Shown here piece by piece: positions 1 to 9,600 of a stretch of 55,136 nt of DNA. The translations under genes were made by a program, and so were the position numbers. The notes beneath the pieces are model-generated. The model did not search any database and was not told the origin of the DNA. It worked only from the letters and a program-made list of their open reading frames with translations. Origin of the DNA: a virus (taxonomy: Duplodnaviria; Caudoviricetes); the IMG/VR virus record IMGVR_UViG_3300035199_000963, positions 1 through 55,136 of that record, one strand, 5' to 3'. The number at the start of each line of letters is the position of its first letter. Position 1 is the stretch's first letter.

Positions 1-1
1 C

Positions 2-373
2 TCGCTCAACTTTTATACCACATAGCTTGCGGGCCGATGAAGCTCCAACGTACTCCGGCTCCATCTCGTAGACTCTTCTAGCGAGATAAGATACTATACC
101 ATTAAATTTCGCAAGAGTCAATATTGTTTTTGCTGAGGATAATCCTGGTCTGAATGCTTGTAGTGATTGTTCAATATAGATCTTTTCTACAATGAATTTC
201 TTTCTTACTTTCAGTTCTCTCAACTTGTTCTCGATGAAGTCTGCTTTATCCCATAAGGTGGGGAAATACCTTTTATTTCTCATATCCCACGCCTCATAGA
301 ACAGTATTTCACCGTTCTTATCAATAACAGACACTCCTGTTATTGACGTACTAACGTCTAATCCTAATATCAT
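2..373 (-). CDS. ruvC: RuvC-like Holliday junction resolvase (3' end outside window)
   Basis: Not in the ORF track. Manual translation from ATG at 373: MILGLDVSTSITGVSVIDKNGEIL...KIYIEQSLQAFRPGLSSAKTILTLAKFNGIV...VGASSARKLCGIK. It has the RNase H-fold ILGLDxS motif (catalytic Asp) and a second acidic residue (IYIE). Confidence 0.8.
   Translation of the reverse strand, partial: MILGLDVSTSITGVSVIDKNGEILFYEAWDMRNKRYFPTLWDKADFIENKLRELKVRKKFIVEKIYIEQSLQAFRPGLSSAKTILTLAKFNGIVSYLARRVYEMEPEYVGASSARKLCGIKVER
93..121 (-). promoter_or_regulatory. sigma70-type promoter inside ruvC: TTGACT-N17-TATAGT with TG extended -10
   Basis: Minus strand reads TTGACT cttgcgaaatttaatgg TATAGT: 5/6 and 5/6 consensus matches with a 17-nt spacer. 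Confidence 0.55.
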
Positions 374-383
374 TTTTTAATCT

Positions 384-1595
384 TTATATATCTAACTTCA
401 GCTTGAAGGTGAATTGCCTATTGGCTGTTTTTCTAACTGGGTTGGCTAATTTGGCAACACCAATTACGTTCTTTTTCTCGTCGTATATAGCGACCTTGCT
501 AATGTAGGTCATCTTTTGAAACGCTTCTTGATAGTTTGTAAAGGAACTGCTTGCTATATTTTTGACTACTAGCTGCGGATCTTCAACGTACACTGTAGAT
601 GATGTTACCACATTATCGATACTCTTTGAAGCCTGTAATAGGTAAGTTGGGTTATTTGAGTGAATTAATTGGTTTTTAGGTGCATTTGCAAACATCATGA
701 TCGAAGGGATTCTGTTTGTGCCCTCGAATGAAACGGCCCAGCTAGAGCTTGGAGTGGATATAGCAGTACCACCGGTGGTTCCAGAAAGATTCGTTCCAAA
801 GTACCTCCACTGAGGAGCGACATTGCCTGCGCCCAAATAATCTTCGGTGTGGAGAGTATTCAAATCCCACGAACCCGTAAGAAGTACACAACCTTCCTCA
901 TAAAGTACAACACCAGCGACAGAGCCAGAACCTTCACTACCAGTGGGTCCAACCTGGACCATTTCACCATTCCTTGCCTCGTCGTGAAGTTGTGCAACCA
1001 GTGTACCAGAGATATAAAAGCGCAGATTCATGCTTCCTTTTTTAAGAGTGGAACCATAAAAGATAGATGGAACGCTGAGGAGGCTAGTTTCTTGATTTGC
1101 CTTTTCCCATCCGAACGGAAGTGATCTAGAAAAGGCGTACTGCGGGCTCAGGTAGGTGTAATAGTTTAGGCTATTGCGAAGGGATTGGATGCGTTTACGT
1201 CCAAGACCTTGTGCATCCTCAGGAATGTGATCCACCGAAATGGAGGCTGACATGGGATAAGTCCCCACTAGCTCGTCGCCTAGGTCAGCACTATTATAAA
1301 CAGCAGTCGTTACTGTCTTAAGAGCAACCATCGTGCTATCTTTTATCGTGAATGGATAAATGAGGGAGGTAGGGCTGCCGTTCCATTGCTGAGAGCCGGT
1401 GGGACGATTAATGTTCAACTCAAATAGCGAAATATCACTAGATGAAACCATGGTGTCATTGGCTGAGTATGCCCCGCTTAAAGGAGGGAGTCGATCAATA
1501 TAAACATTCTGCTCATAAAGATACATCTCATGAGACGGGTAAACCGTCAGGGTGTTAATTACAATGTCGCTTTCATCAAATTTGTGCAAATACAT
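384..1595 (-). CDS. phage tail/baseplate-associated structural protein (paralog of 1661-2833)
   Basis: 403 aa. C-terminal motif YISKVAIYDEKKNVIGVAKLANPVRK...FKLKLDI and internal LKKGS...VAGVVLYEEG...SNNPTY are shared with the neighbour; lies in the structural module. Confidence 0.6.
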   Translation of the reverse strand: MYLHKFDESDIVINTLTVYPSHEMYLYEQNVYIDRLPPLSGAYSANDTMVSSSDISLFELNINRPTGSQQWNGSPTSLIYPFTIKDSTMVALKTVTTAVYNSADLGDELVGTYPMSASISVDHIPEDAQGLGRKRIQSLRNSLNYYTYLSPQYAFSRSLPFGWEKANQETSLLSVPSIFYGSTLKKGSMNLRFYISGTLVAQLHDEARNGEMVQVGPTGSEGSGSVAGVVLYEEGCVLLTGSWDLNTLHTEDYLGAGNVAPQWRYFGTNLSGTTGGTAISTPSSSWAVSFEGTNRIPSIMMFANAPKNQLIHSNNPTYLLQASKSIDNVVTSSTVYVEDPQLVVKNIASSSFTNYQEAFQKMTYISKVAIYDEKKNVIGVAKLANPVRKTANRQFTFKLKLDI

Positions 1596-1619
1596 ATTTT
1601 AAAGAAACAGCCTTTAACT

Positions 1620-1627
1620 TAAATAGT
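1620..1627 (-). promoter_or_regulatory. candidate late promoter motif ACTATTTA
   Basis: About 25 nt upstream of the 1595 start, in one of the few intergenic gaps; the same octamer occurs at 3822-3829. Confidence 0.45.
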
Positions 1628-1660
1628 GAGTTTCGTGACTATTTTCTCTTTAGAATCAGA

Positions 1661-2833
1661 CTAGTAGTCTAATCTGCAACGTAATGTTAGCTCAGTATTG
1701 GGGTCTTTTTTAAGGGGTTCCGACAACTTCGCCATCGCTAGTAGTTCATTATCTGAAGAATACAGTCCGATAGTGGTTATATACGTAAGCGGTAGATCGC
1801 TAGCGTTGTTCTTGACAACCATCTTACTATTGGCGATGTAGGTTGGGTTGGAACTATAGTTAAACTCGTTATGATTTGCACGACAGAAGTAAATTGTTGA
1901 ATTAAGTTCTGTGGTGTTGTTAAAGGTAATGTTATTAATACGGCTTCTTAACGCGTCGGCTGACCCCGAAATGGACTGTGATGTGAACAGTTCTTCCGGA
2001 GTCATAGACGTGGTTAGAGCGCTTCCGAGGTAGAAGTAAGCGCCTGCTCCGCAGCCGTCGCCATCTTCGCCTCGGGGCGTGGCTGTTCCGGCGCCGGCAT
2101 CAGCGACGTCTCTCATAAACCCATTTGTGGTGCGGAAAATACTTGAAGTGATAACAGCGATACCAGCTTGATAAAAAAGCAGACCAGCAATATTACTGTC
2201 CACTATGTCGTCGTCGCCGATTGCAGTTGAAGAAGTCAGCAGAAGCCCGAATTCGCCGGCGGGTGAATTAACCTTGTAGCCAGTTTCACCGTTATAGTCA
2301 GACAACGTAAGGATGGTAGAAATATCATTCGTAACAGAACCGGTAGCTGAGCTTCCAGTGTACATGGTCATCGTGAATGACCCCTTCTTTATTTCATCCT
2401 TAGCTAACAACCTGGAGAAGCTAACAATAAACACATCTTGCATCCCCGGGTAACCGCCTTCTGCGATATCACCGTTGCGATCAAAGGGACGAATGGTGCC
2501 GCTCGGATCGTGGCCCATCAATACCTGAGCCATCTGGTTATAGATATTAATTTTCTTTGCTTGCTGCGTAACCTGTGAAGCATCCGAAGAAGAAAGACTG
2601 GAACCTGTGGAGAAGCCAATGGTAAGGTCGAAGATATGGTTTGCAGAAGAGCTTAAATAAGGGTAATCGTAAACAGATTGAAACATACCATGTGCATAGT
2701 TCTTAATATTTGTTTCTGTGTTGGTGATATACGTTCCGGAAACAATCGTTCCAGTGATAGGAATTGCCTCGTGTAACAACGTTCTCGTGTTCGTAACGTC
2801 GTTGTTTAAAAAATTCTTAAATGTTGTAGCCAT
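1661..2833 (-). CDS. phage tail/baseplate-associated structural protein
   Basis: 390 aa, SD AAGGA upstream. Motifs IKKGSF, IAGLLFYQAG, NYSSNPTY and C-terminal YITTIGLYSSDNELLAMAKLSEPLKK...LRCRLDY. Confidence 0.6.
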   Translation of the reverse strand: MATTFKNFLNNDVTNTRTLLHEAIPITGTIVSGTYITNTETNIKNYAHGMFQSVYDYPYLSSSANHIFDLTIGFSTGSSLSSSDASQVTQQAKKINIYNQMAQVLMGHDPSGTIRPFDRNGDIAEGGYPGMQDVFIVSFSRLLAKDEIKKGSFTMTMYTGSSATGSVTNDISTILTLSDYNGETGYKVNSPAGEFGLLLTSSTAIGDDDIVDSNIAGLLFYQAGIAVITSSIFRTTNGFMRDVADAGAGTATPRGEDGDGCGAGAYFYLGSALTTSMTPEELFTSQSISGSADALRSRINNITFNNTTELNSTIYFCRANHNEFNYSSNPTYIANSKMVVKNNASDLPLTYITTIGLYSSDNELLAMAKLSEPLKKDPNTELTLRCRLDY

Positions 2834-2852
2834 TTTGTTTCCTTATTCCAAA

Positions 2853-3788
2853 TTAAACTTTCTTAACAAACCTAACTGGGATATCTGTTCTATAGCCAGT
2901 TTGACCACCCGTTATTCTAATATTTGTATCGATGAAGTAGTAGTCGCCGAGGAAGCCAGTTAAGCCGCCACTCGTCTTGGTACTCCCCAGCTTTGTAAAC
3001 AAATAAGTGCTAGTTTGTAATTGGATCGAGGACCTCAACGTAAACTTAAAACTAGTGCCGCGGGGGCCAGTGATGGGAGTTTTGGCGTTGTCGCTCTCCT
3101 GATCTGAATTTTGTCCTTGTCCGTTGGCGATAAAGGCTCCGGCGCCTGCACCACGAGAAATAAAATAACTAGCGATGTTGTCATCATCAATGAAAGATAC
3201 GGGAGCAATATTTTTTGAAGAATCAGCTAATTGACAGATGCGATTATCTACCTCGACGATATACTGATTCTCGACCAGATCTGGGTCTAAAGTAAAGCTG
3301 GGTGGGATTTCAGTAGTCTGGAGTCCCTGCTCAAGCCCAATGGGGCGGGTGCTGATACCGGCGCCTGGTATACCGTCCATGACGTTATCAATGTTAGTGG
3401 AGGCTGCTTGCGTCGTTGTATCCGCTGTAACAACATATATTGCGCCGCCCTCTTCACTATTGAAGTTCAAATTTGACTTTAAGCTGGTGTTCGCTAATAT
3501 GACGGGTAGATACAACAGGTTAGTCCTGGGGATCGTCATTAGCTTTGATTTAAGAAAAGACGTATTGTTGGTAAACGCTTCCAAAATCGGAGTTTGCAGA
3601 ATCTCCAGATCATAGTAAGCTGAACCACTTACGTCATTTTTATCGTAGAGCGCGTAATTAACCTCGTCGTCGCCAAATGCAAATTTTGATATTTGAAATG
3701 AGCCGTCGCCACGCGCTAAGCGCATGCGGCCAGTGTCGGTGAGAACCGCGTCTAAAATGATGTCGCCAGAGTTGTCTAAAAAAGCCAT
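2853..3788 (-). CDS. phage structural protein (tail-collar-like N-terminal motif)
   Basis: 311 aa, SD GGAG upstream. N-terminal VLTDTGRMRLARGDGSFQISKFAFGDDEVNY motif is shared with 11276-12262. Confidence 0.6.
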   Translation of the reverse strand: MAFLDNSGDIILDAVLTDTGRMRLARGDGSFQISKFAFGDDEVNYALYDKNDVSGSAYYDLEILQTPILEAFTNNTSFLKSKLMTIPRTNLLYLPVILANTSLKSNLNFNSEEGGAIYVVTADTTTQAASTNIDNVMDGIPGAGISTRPIGLEQGLQTTEIPPSFTLDPDLVENQYIVEVDNRICQLADSSKNIAPVSFIDDDNIASYFISRGAGAGAFIANGQGQNSDQESDNAKTPITGPRGTSFKFTLRSSIQLQTSTYLFTKLGSTKTSGGLTGFLGDYYFIDTNIRITGGQTGYRTDIPVRFVKKV

Positions 3789-3798
3789 TCTAATTCTC

Positions 3799-3828
3799 CA
3801 ATATAATTAGGTATTTCAATATAAATAG
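3799..3828 (-). promoter_or_regulatory. tandem 12-nt direct repeat CTA(T/A)TTATATTG, candidate late promoter pair
   Basis: Minus strand: CTATTTATATTG aaatac CTAATTATATTG gagaattagaATG; 11/12 identity, 18-nt period. Confidence 0.5.
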
Positions 3829-3847
3829 TCCTTTTTTTATTAAAAAT

Positions 3848-6622
3848 CTATGAATTGTCTCTGCGGAGTCGGAAAGTTAGATTCAAGTCCAACTTCTTAC
3901 CAGTTTGTTTCGACGTAAACCTTACTTTAAAAGACCGATGCCAAATTGCTTGCTGGGCTCCTCCAATAATGAGAGAATCAAAGTTGTTACTCCAATCACC
4001 GTTGCTTACAAGAGCCTCAGGGGATTCCATGTCTTGTAGTGTGAACGAACCCATAGGGGCATCGCCTCGGTCCATCTTCGCAGAAGTTTGAAGAAAAGAA
4101 GGCTTAATCTGGATAAACTTGCGCATTGACCTACTCATCATTCGCCCATCATTCTCGGGACCAACCTTCACAGTTTTTATAATGGGGTAGATGGTGCCAC
4201 TATTACTAACCATCTCCAACTCAAAAACGGCACTAGGGTTTGATCTAAAGCCATGTACATCTACCGTACGCACAATATAATAATATTTGGTATTAGGATC
4301 GATGGCGTCAAGGAAACTAGCTCCGCTGCTTTTTAAGCCCTCGATCGAAGTTCCCACGACGCGCTCAAGGGCGCGAGAAAAATACCCGTAGCTGCTGGGT
4401 CGCGTCTTGGTCCTGTAGATGATGAAATGATCTATTTCAGTGCCGGTTGTTCTCCCGCTAAATCTAATTTTGCCAGGGGGAACATCGTTTTGCATGTTCT
4501 GCACATTTTGCACATTTATCGTGTCTGTGTCGTCTAAGATAACTGGATAATCTATATACTCATCGAGTGAATTATTGATATTGATTAGGATCTTATTATC
4601 AATCCCTTTATAAGGTACCAACTCGATCTCGGGCGGAGAGGGTGGTGTTACCACAATTCTCATTTCCCTTGTAGTAAAATAGGGAATCTCGTATAGTTTA
4701 AGGTCTGCGGTCACCTGGACCATGGCTTGGGCCTCGGGGACATGTCCTCCCCAGTCTTTATCAAGTCGCACCCATAAGCGGTTGTCCTCAGCGGAAGCGG
4801 GACCATACTCATAAAACTCTCCAGGATCGCGCGAACTTCTGTGCGGAGTGTCGAGCCTATTAAATGTTATCTTTGATCCGTAAACCACAACCAGCTGTTT
4901 GACCACATATCTATAAGGTTCATTATATTTAACCTGAGTGTCAACATAGTTCATAACTTCGAGTTCTGATTGGTTGGGAATAAAGGTGGTGCTAATGGGA
5001 TCCGGAGCCGAGGGGTCAATGGTCGAGTATTTCTCTATCTTGTAGGCTAGAACCTCATTATAAGCAGTTTTACCAGATAAGATGTCAATATACGTACGAG
5101 AATTTTCATTATAGGTTTTCGCTAGCGCAGTATCAGAAGTAAGACTATCAATCATTAATTGCATCGGGTTCTCCTCAGTACCCGGGGTTTCCTTATAAAA
5201 CACTCCTTCGTACGGCGGGCCCGAAGAAATTGTTGATAGAATGCCGGTTGCGGCGTTCAAGTCATATACTTTTATCTGTCTTTCCGTACTATCTACACCC
5301 ACTACTGCGGGACCTTCGGGGTGGACGAGGACTCCGTAGCGATCACGCTCACGCTCACGTTGGCGAGTTCTAGATTCTGACCCAACTCCAACATCTTTGC
5401 TTTTTATCACGACCTGAGATGGGGCAGTACCAGCGGGAGTATTTTGCATCCGACTTAAGATATTCTTAGTGACGCCTTGTTTTGCAAAAAGCCCAACTGT
5501 GGATACATTTCGATTGGTACTAAAGCTCAATAAATTGTGCATAGGGAAGGCGTTGCGAGCGCGATAAGCTTGTGTTAATATTCTTTTTGAATCTCCAGAG
5601 AAAATGGATTCCTTATAAGAATCAGCCAGAGCCGTAATATTGGGCTCATCTATCCAGTCTTGGTCTTCCCCTCTCTTGAGTGCTTGATAATAACTCTTCA
5701 AATATTCCTGCACTTTAGTCGTCTCTGCAACGTCCCGGACATCTTGGGGGTCGTCCTGATTGATTAAGTACTGATCAGCTTGTATATGTCCTTCTAGCGT
5801 TATCAACCGCCCATATATGGGATCTGCGGACAGGGCGAGCACCGGGCGGATGATCGACGCAGCCCGACCATCCGGGTCTTGTTGAGCATTCGATACAAAA
5901 GCGTACATATTGGGAAGAAGCGTCTCACGCGTGTCCATTCCTTCCTCGGAGATGATGTTTTCGTAATTTTTCTCATAATAACCATATTTTGGGCTGGCTT
6001 CATAAAAAGAAGTACCTATAGTAACATTTGATGCATTAAGTTCCTCCTTGGTGTAGGGTGCTTCGGCAATAAAAGTATGATCATAAAATACCTGGCCATT
6101 CTCCATGCGACCAAGGGTGGAACCCATCATGCGACTTTGAAGAACTTCATCAAAAGCCTCCAACTGTTGTACTATCTCTGGCTCGTTATGCGGTGTGGCT
6201 CTGGGGTTTGGTATGCCTCCGCCCCAATAATCATCGGGTCGGTCTTCGCCGCGGGCGATGGACGTCCGGTCAGTGGGAGATAGATATAAGTATTGAGAAG
6301 ATACACCGGGCTTACGTCTTATGTTTGGAGAAGGATCTCTAATACGCAATTTAAGATTGTATTCCCCGCCGTGCACTATCGCGAGTTGGTCGGAGCGGCC
6401 GCGCCATTGCGGCTCGTGAAATTCGTACTCCATAACCCCATTATATTTATAGTTTGTGCGCTGCACGCCAGGCGGAGGGGTCGCTGAGTCTGTTTGGTGT
6501 AGCCCGAAATAGTTACGTATACCATCGATATGCGTACGATTCTCGTTAGGAACAAATGTGGCATCCTCTGGTTTATAGTTTTCCAAGTCTATAACGAGAA
6601 TATCTTTGCTAATTCTTCCCAT
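3848..6622 (-). CDS. large structural protein with fibronectin type III-like domains
   Basis: 924 aa. FN3-like strands YVDTQVKYNEPYRYVV and FLDAIDPNTKYYYIVRTVDVHGFRSNPS; lies in the tail module. Confidence 0.55.
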   Translation of the reverse strand: MGRISKDILVIDLENYKPEDATFVPNENRTHIDGIRNYFGLHQTDSATPPPGVQRTNYKYNGVMEYEFHEPQWRGRSDQLAIVHGGEYNLKLRIRDPSPNIRRKPGVSSQYLYLSPTDRTSIARGEDRPDDYWGGGIPNPRATPHNEPEIVQQLEAFDEVLQSRMMGSTLGRMENGQVFYDHTFIAEAPYTKEELNASNVTIGTSFYEASPKYGYYEKNYENIISEEGMDTRETLLPNMYAFVSNAQQDPDGRAASIIRPVLALSADPIYGRLITLEGHIQADQYLINQDDPQDVRDVAETTKVQEYLKSYYQALKRGEDQDWIDEPNITALADSYKESIFSGDSKRILTQAYRARNAFPMHNLLSFSTNRNVSTVGLFAKQGVTKNILSRMQNTPAGTAPSQVVIKSKDVGVGSESRTRQRERERDRYGVLVHPEGPAVVGVDSTERQIKVYDLNAATGILSTISSGPPYEGVFYKETPGTEENPMQLMIDSLTSDTALAKTYNENSRTYIDILSGKTAYNEVLAYKIEKYSTIDPSAPDPISTTFIPNQSELEVMNYVDTQVKYNEPYRYVVKQLVVVYGSKITFNRLDTPHRSSRDPGEFYEYGPASAEDNRLWVRLDKDWGGHVPEAQAMVQVTADLKLYEIPYFTTREMRIVVTPPSPPEIELVPYKGIDNKILININNSLDEYIDYPVILDDTDTINVQNVQNMQNDVPPGKIRFSGRTTGTEIDHFIIYRTKTRPSSYGYFSRALERVVGTSIEGLKSSGASFLDAIDPNTKYYYIVRTVDVHGFRSNPSAVFELEMVSNSGTIYPIIKTVKVGPENDGRMMSRSMRKFIQIKPSFLQTSAKMDRGDAPMGSFTLQDMESPEALVSNGDWSNNFDSLIIGGAQQAIWHRSFKVRFTSKQTGKKLDLNLTFRLRRDNS

Positions 6623-9600
6623 CTAGAACATGCTCCATTGATCACCAGGATCTGATCGAACGCTGCTTTGCGGGCTTTGGGATTGGCGCGCCTGGGAATC
6701 GTTATTTAATACGCCTTGACTGCGCGCAACTGCTGCTGGACCAGCTTCAGAGCCATCATCTCGTTGCGCTCCCATGACGAGTCCCCCTTCTTCCATTTGA
6801 CGTTCTATCCACTCCTCGCTCGACATCATTTCAGCATCAGGATTCCATCTCAAGTCACCATCACCTTCCACCAAAAAGATGGAATCAAAGATGGGCATGT
6901 CCAGATATTCTGGCTGCGCGGTTTTGATATCAGAGTTGGCATATGGGACATACCGACAGACAGAATTGGCTGCCAAATCTGGGGCAGTAGCCTTCCTCCA
7001 TATTGGATGATCCACCAGTGGTCCTCCTGTTGCAGACATTTCAAAACCAGCGAGAACTTGAAGTTCCACTATCTTATTGAAGTGGATATCAAAAAAGCCC
7101 ATGTTCTCTGTTCCGGTGATGTCCGGTAGTGCGAGGACCCGAGTAGGGGATTGCGTCGTTGGCCACGATGCTAAGAGTTGAAAGCGCTGCGCCACGTTGG
7201 CGGTTACGTAAAGAAATGCCAAAAGTTTCATTGGTGCAGGAAGGGAGATGACTGACTCAAAAAACCTGCTATCCTGAAACTCATCATCAGTGGTCAGCGA
7301 ACTGAACGATGTTGGGTTTAGCTGAAGTCCCTCATCTATCAAGATGCTTCTCATAACCCCATTGGCGGGGATATTGCCCGGCCGGGTGAAACTATCCAAG
7401 TAATCCTGGATGGTGTCGCTTGAGTTTCCGCGTCCAAGGTTTTTTGTTAGGACCGAAATGCCGCGTTGATCGCTCTTGGTGGTGCGGACAACACCTTGCA
7501 CTTTTAATTCCGGTAACTGAGCATGTCCCGGCGTATGGACTGAAGGACTGAAGCTTGTATTCTGATTAGGTTGAGGTGGAGCAAGATGGGGAAGTGAAAT
7601 GATATCCAGTCCGCCCAACGTCACTGGGGTGATAACACTGCACCCCTGAGGAGTAAATATTTTCAATAGCGCATCTTGGGCTAGCTGAGACCTGCGAGCC
7701 GCGTCGCTGGTGATGTGGAGTTGGTCGGAGATCTCCACCCCCTGGGTTAATGCTTCCTGCCCCTTGGCCAAGTTTAACGTCCTAATCATGTCAGTCACGG
7801 TATTATATTTTGCTCTAGGATCCTTCCAGGGCGGTCGCTCCGACTCTTCAGTGGCGGATGTGAAGTGCATCAATACCTGCACACCCGCCTCGTTTGCATT
7901 TGTAAATGGCATCCCCAAGGTGTTATCGGGAAAGCCAGCAGATCCAGTAAAGAGAGCGTTACGAGCCAATCCCTCAGCAAAGGACGCATCCAGTTTCGGT
8001 ACTGTAGCATATAAAGGGGTGTAGTAAGCATAATCTTGTGTCAGATCTGGGGTTATGGCGCCGCCGGCGGTAGACGGGCCAAAGCTCTTGCGTCGCTCTA
8101 TGGCTTGCATAGTGGCAATGTTTGATTTTTGAACCTTTCTAATCCCATTAGACGGGCGTTCATCACTGAAAAAGGGGCTCATATAATAATAACCGGCTGC
8201 GCGTGGATAAGTGGCATCAAACAATGTTGTTGTTCCTTGCTCAATTTCAATCAGTTTGTTATTTTTTGCGCCTGCTGGAGGAGTGCGGGTTTGAGATGCG
8301 GAAGAGTTGCCAGTTGTAGGAACTGATGAGGATCCTAAAAGATAATCAATCTTGGCTATAACATCATTCACAGTTTGAATCACCTTAAAGATTGTATCTC
8401 TTGTTGCTGTATTAGGATCTAAAAAGCTTTGAAGGGTAGCAGTCACGCTCTCGATATCAAAAGTCTCATTTTCAGCACTGAACAACTGCAAGGTGCTAAT
8501 AAAGATACCGGAAGGCGAACTAGCTTGCAAGTGAAGAGGGCCGCCTTCTGCTTGGCGCGAAAAGAATGTATACTTGCTATCGCGACCGTGAGAACGCAAA
8601 AGTCTGTCAATTACATTTTTATGAAACTTATTAAGAATTATATTATAATTTTCTTTCTCCATCGCCAAATCATAATATGTGGTGAGCCTTCTGAGAAACG
8701 TGGAGATCTCGTTTCGTTTTAATTTCAAAAATTCTGGGGTGTTGTCTAGAATAGAGAACTTTATCCTATACTGATATTTCCCTGAAGTTAGATGCTGAGC
8801 GCTCCTGTCCTTAAAAGTAAAGAACTTTGTTTTGCCAAAAGACCGCCTCTCTCTTACCTCGGGAGCTTTAATCTTATTTTGAACAAAGTCAGTGATATCT
8901 TTAAACGTTGCTATAACTCCTGGGGCGCTGGACTGGCGCCGGCGGTCGAGGCGGGGATCGTCTCTATCAGTAGAAACAATGATGGTTGCTCGCGAGGTGG
9001 GACCAGCCTTGCCGCTCAACAACAGGGTATCTGGTAATTCATAATCGCCTTCGTCAATTTTGGGAATATCCGCCGAAAGTCCTCCAACTCGATTGCGAGT
9101 TGACACGTCTCTTACCTGTCGGCGCTTTATCTCCACGTGGTCAAGTTTGACGAAAGAAGACCCGGCGCGGCTAAAAAGCGTCTCTCTCTTTAAAAAGGAT
9201 TCAACATCAAAAGCCATAAACAAGCTAACGCTTTTATCAATATCGGTAGTCAAGGAGATGTCACTAAAATAAGAATTATTCAGATCCACTTTCTGCTGGT
9301 TATTGGGGTTTTTGATCTCCGGATCAAATTCTTTAACGTCCAACGGAGAAAGGTCGGTGAATAAATGTTGCATTCTCTCAACCATTCTAAAATCTTGAAC
9401 TTTATTGTTAGGAACTAAAATTTGACGGAGTGGGGGTTGCAACTGTCGAGCCTCTTCTTGAGTTAGAGAGGGATCGTGCTCGGCGCCGCCCATCCACCCT
9501 ACATAACTGGCGTTGGTGGCGGCTTCGCCTCGGGTCGTGCGTGCGGCTTGTTGGAGGGCATTAGTGTCTTGTGCGTGATAATGAACCGGACCTGACCATG

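Noticed and set aside
3820-3827. Perfect T4 late promoter TATAAATA on the plus strand
   Set aside because: It points antisense to all genes; better explained as the reverse complement of the minus-strand CTATTTATA motif.
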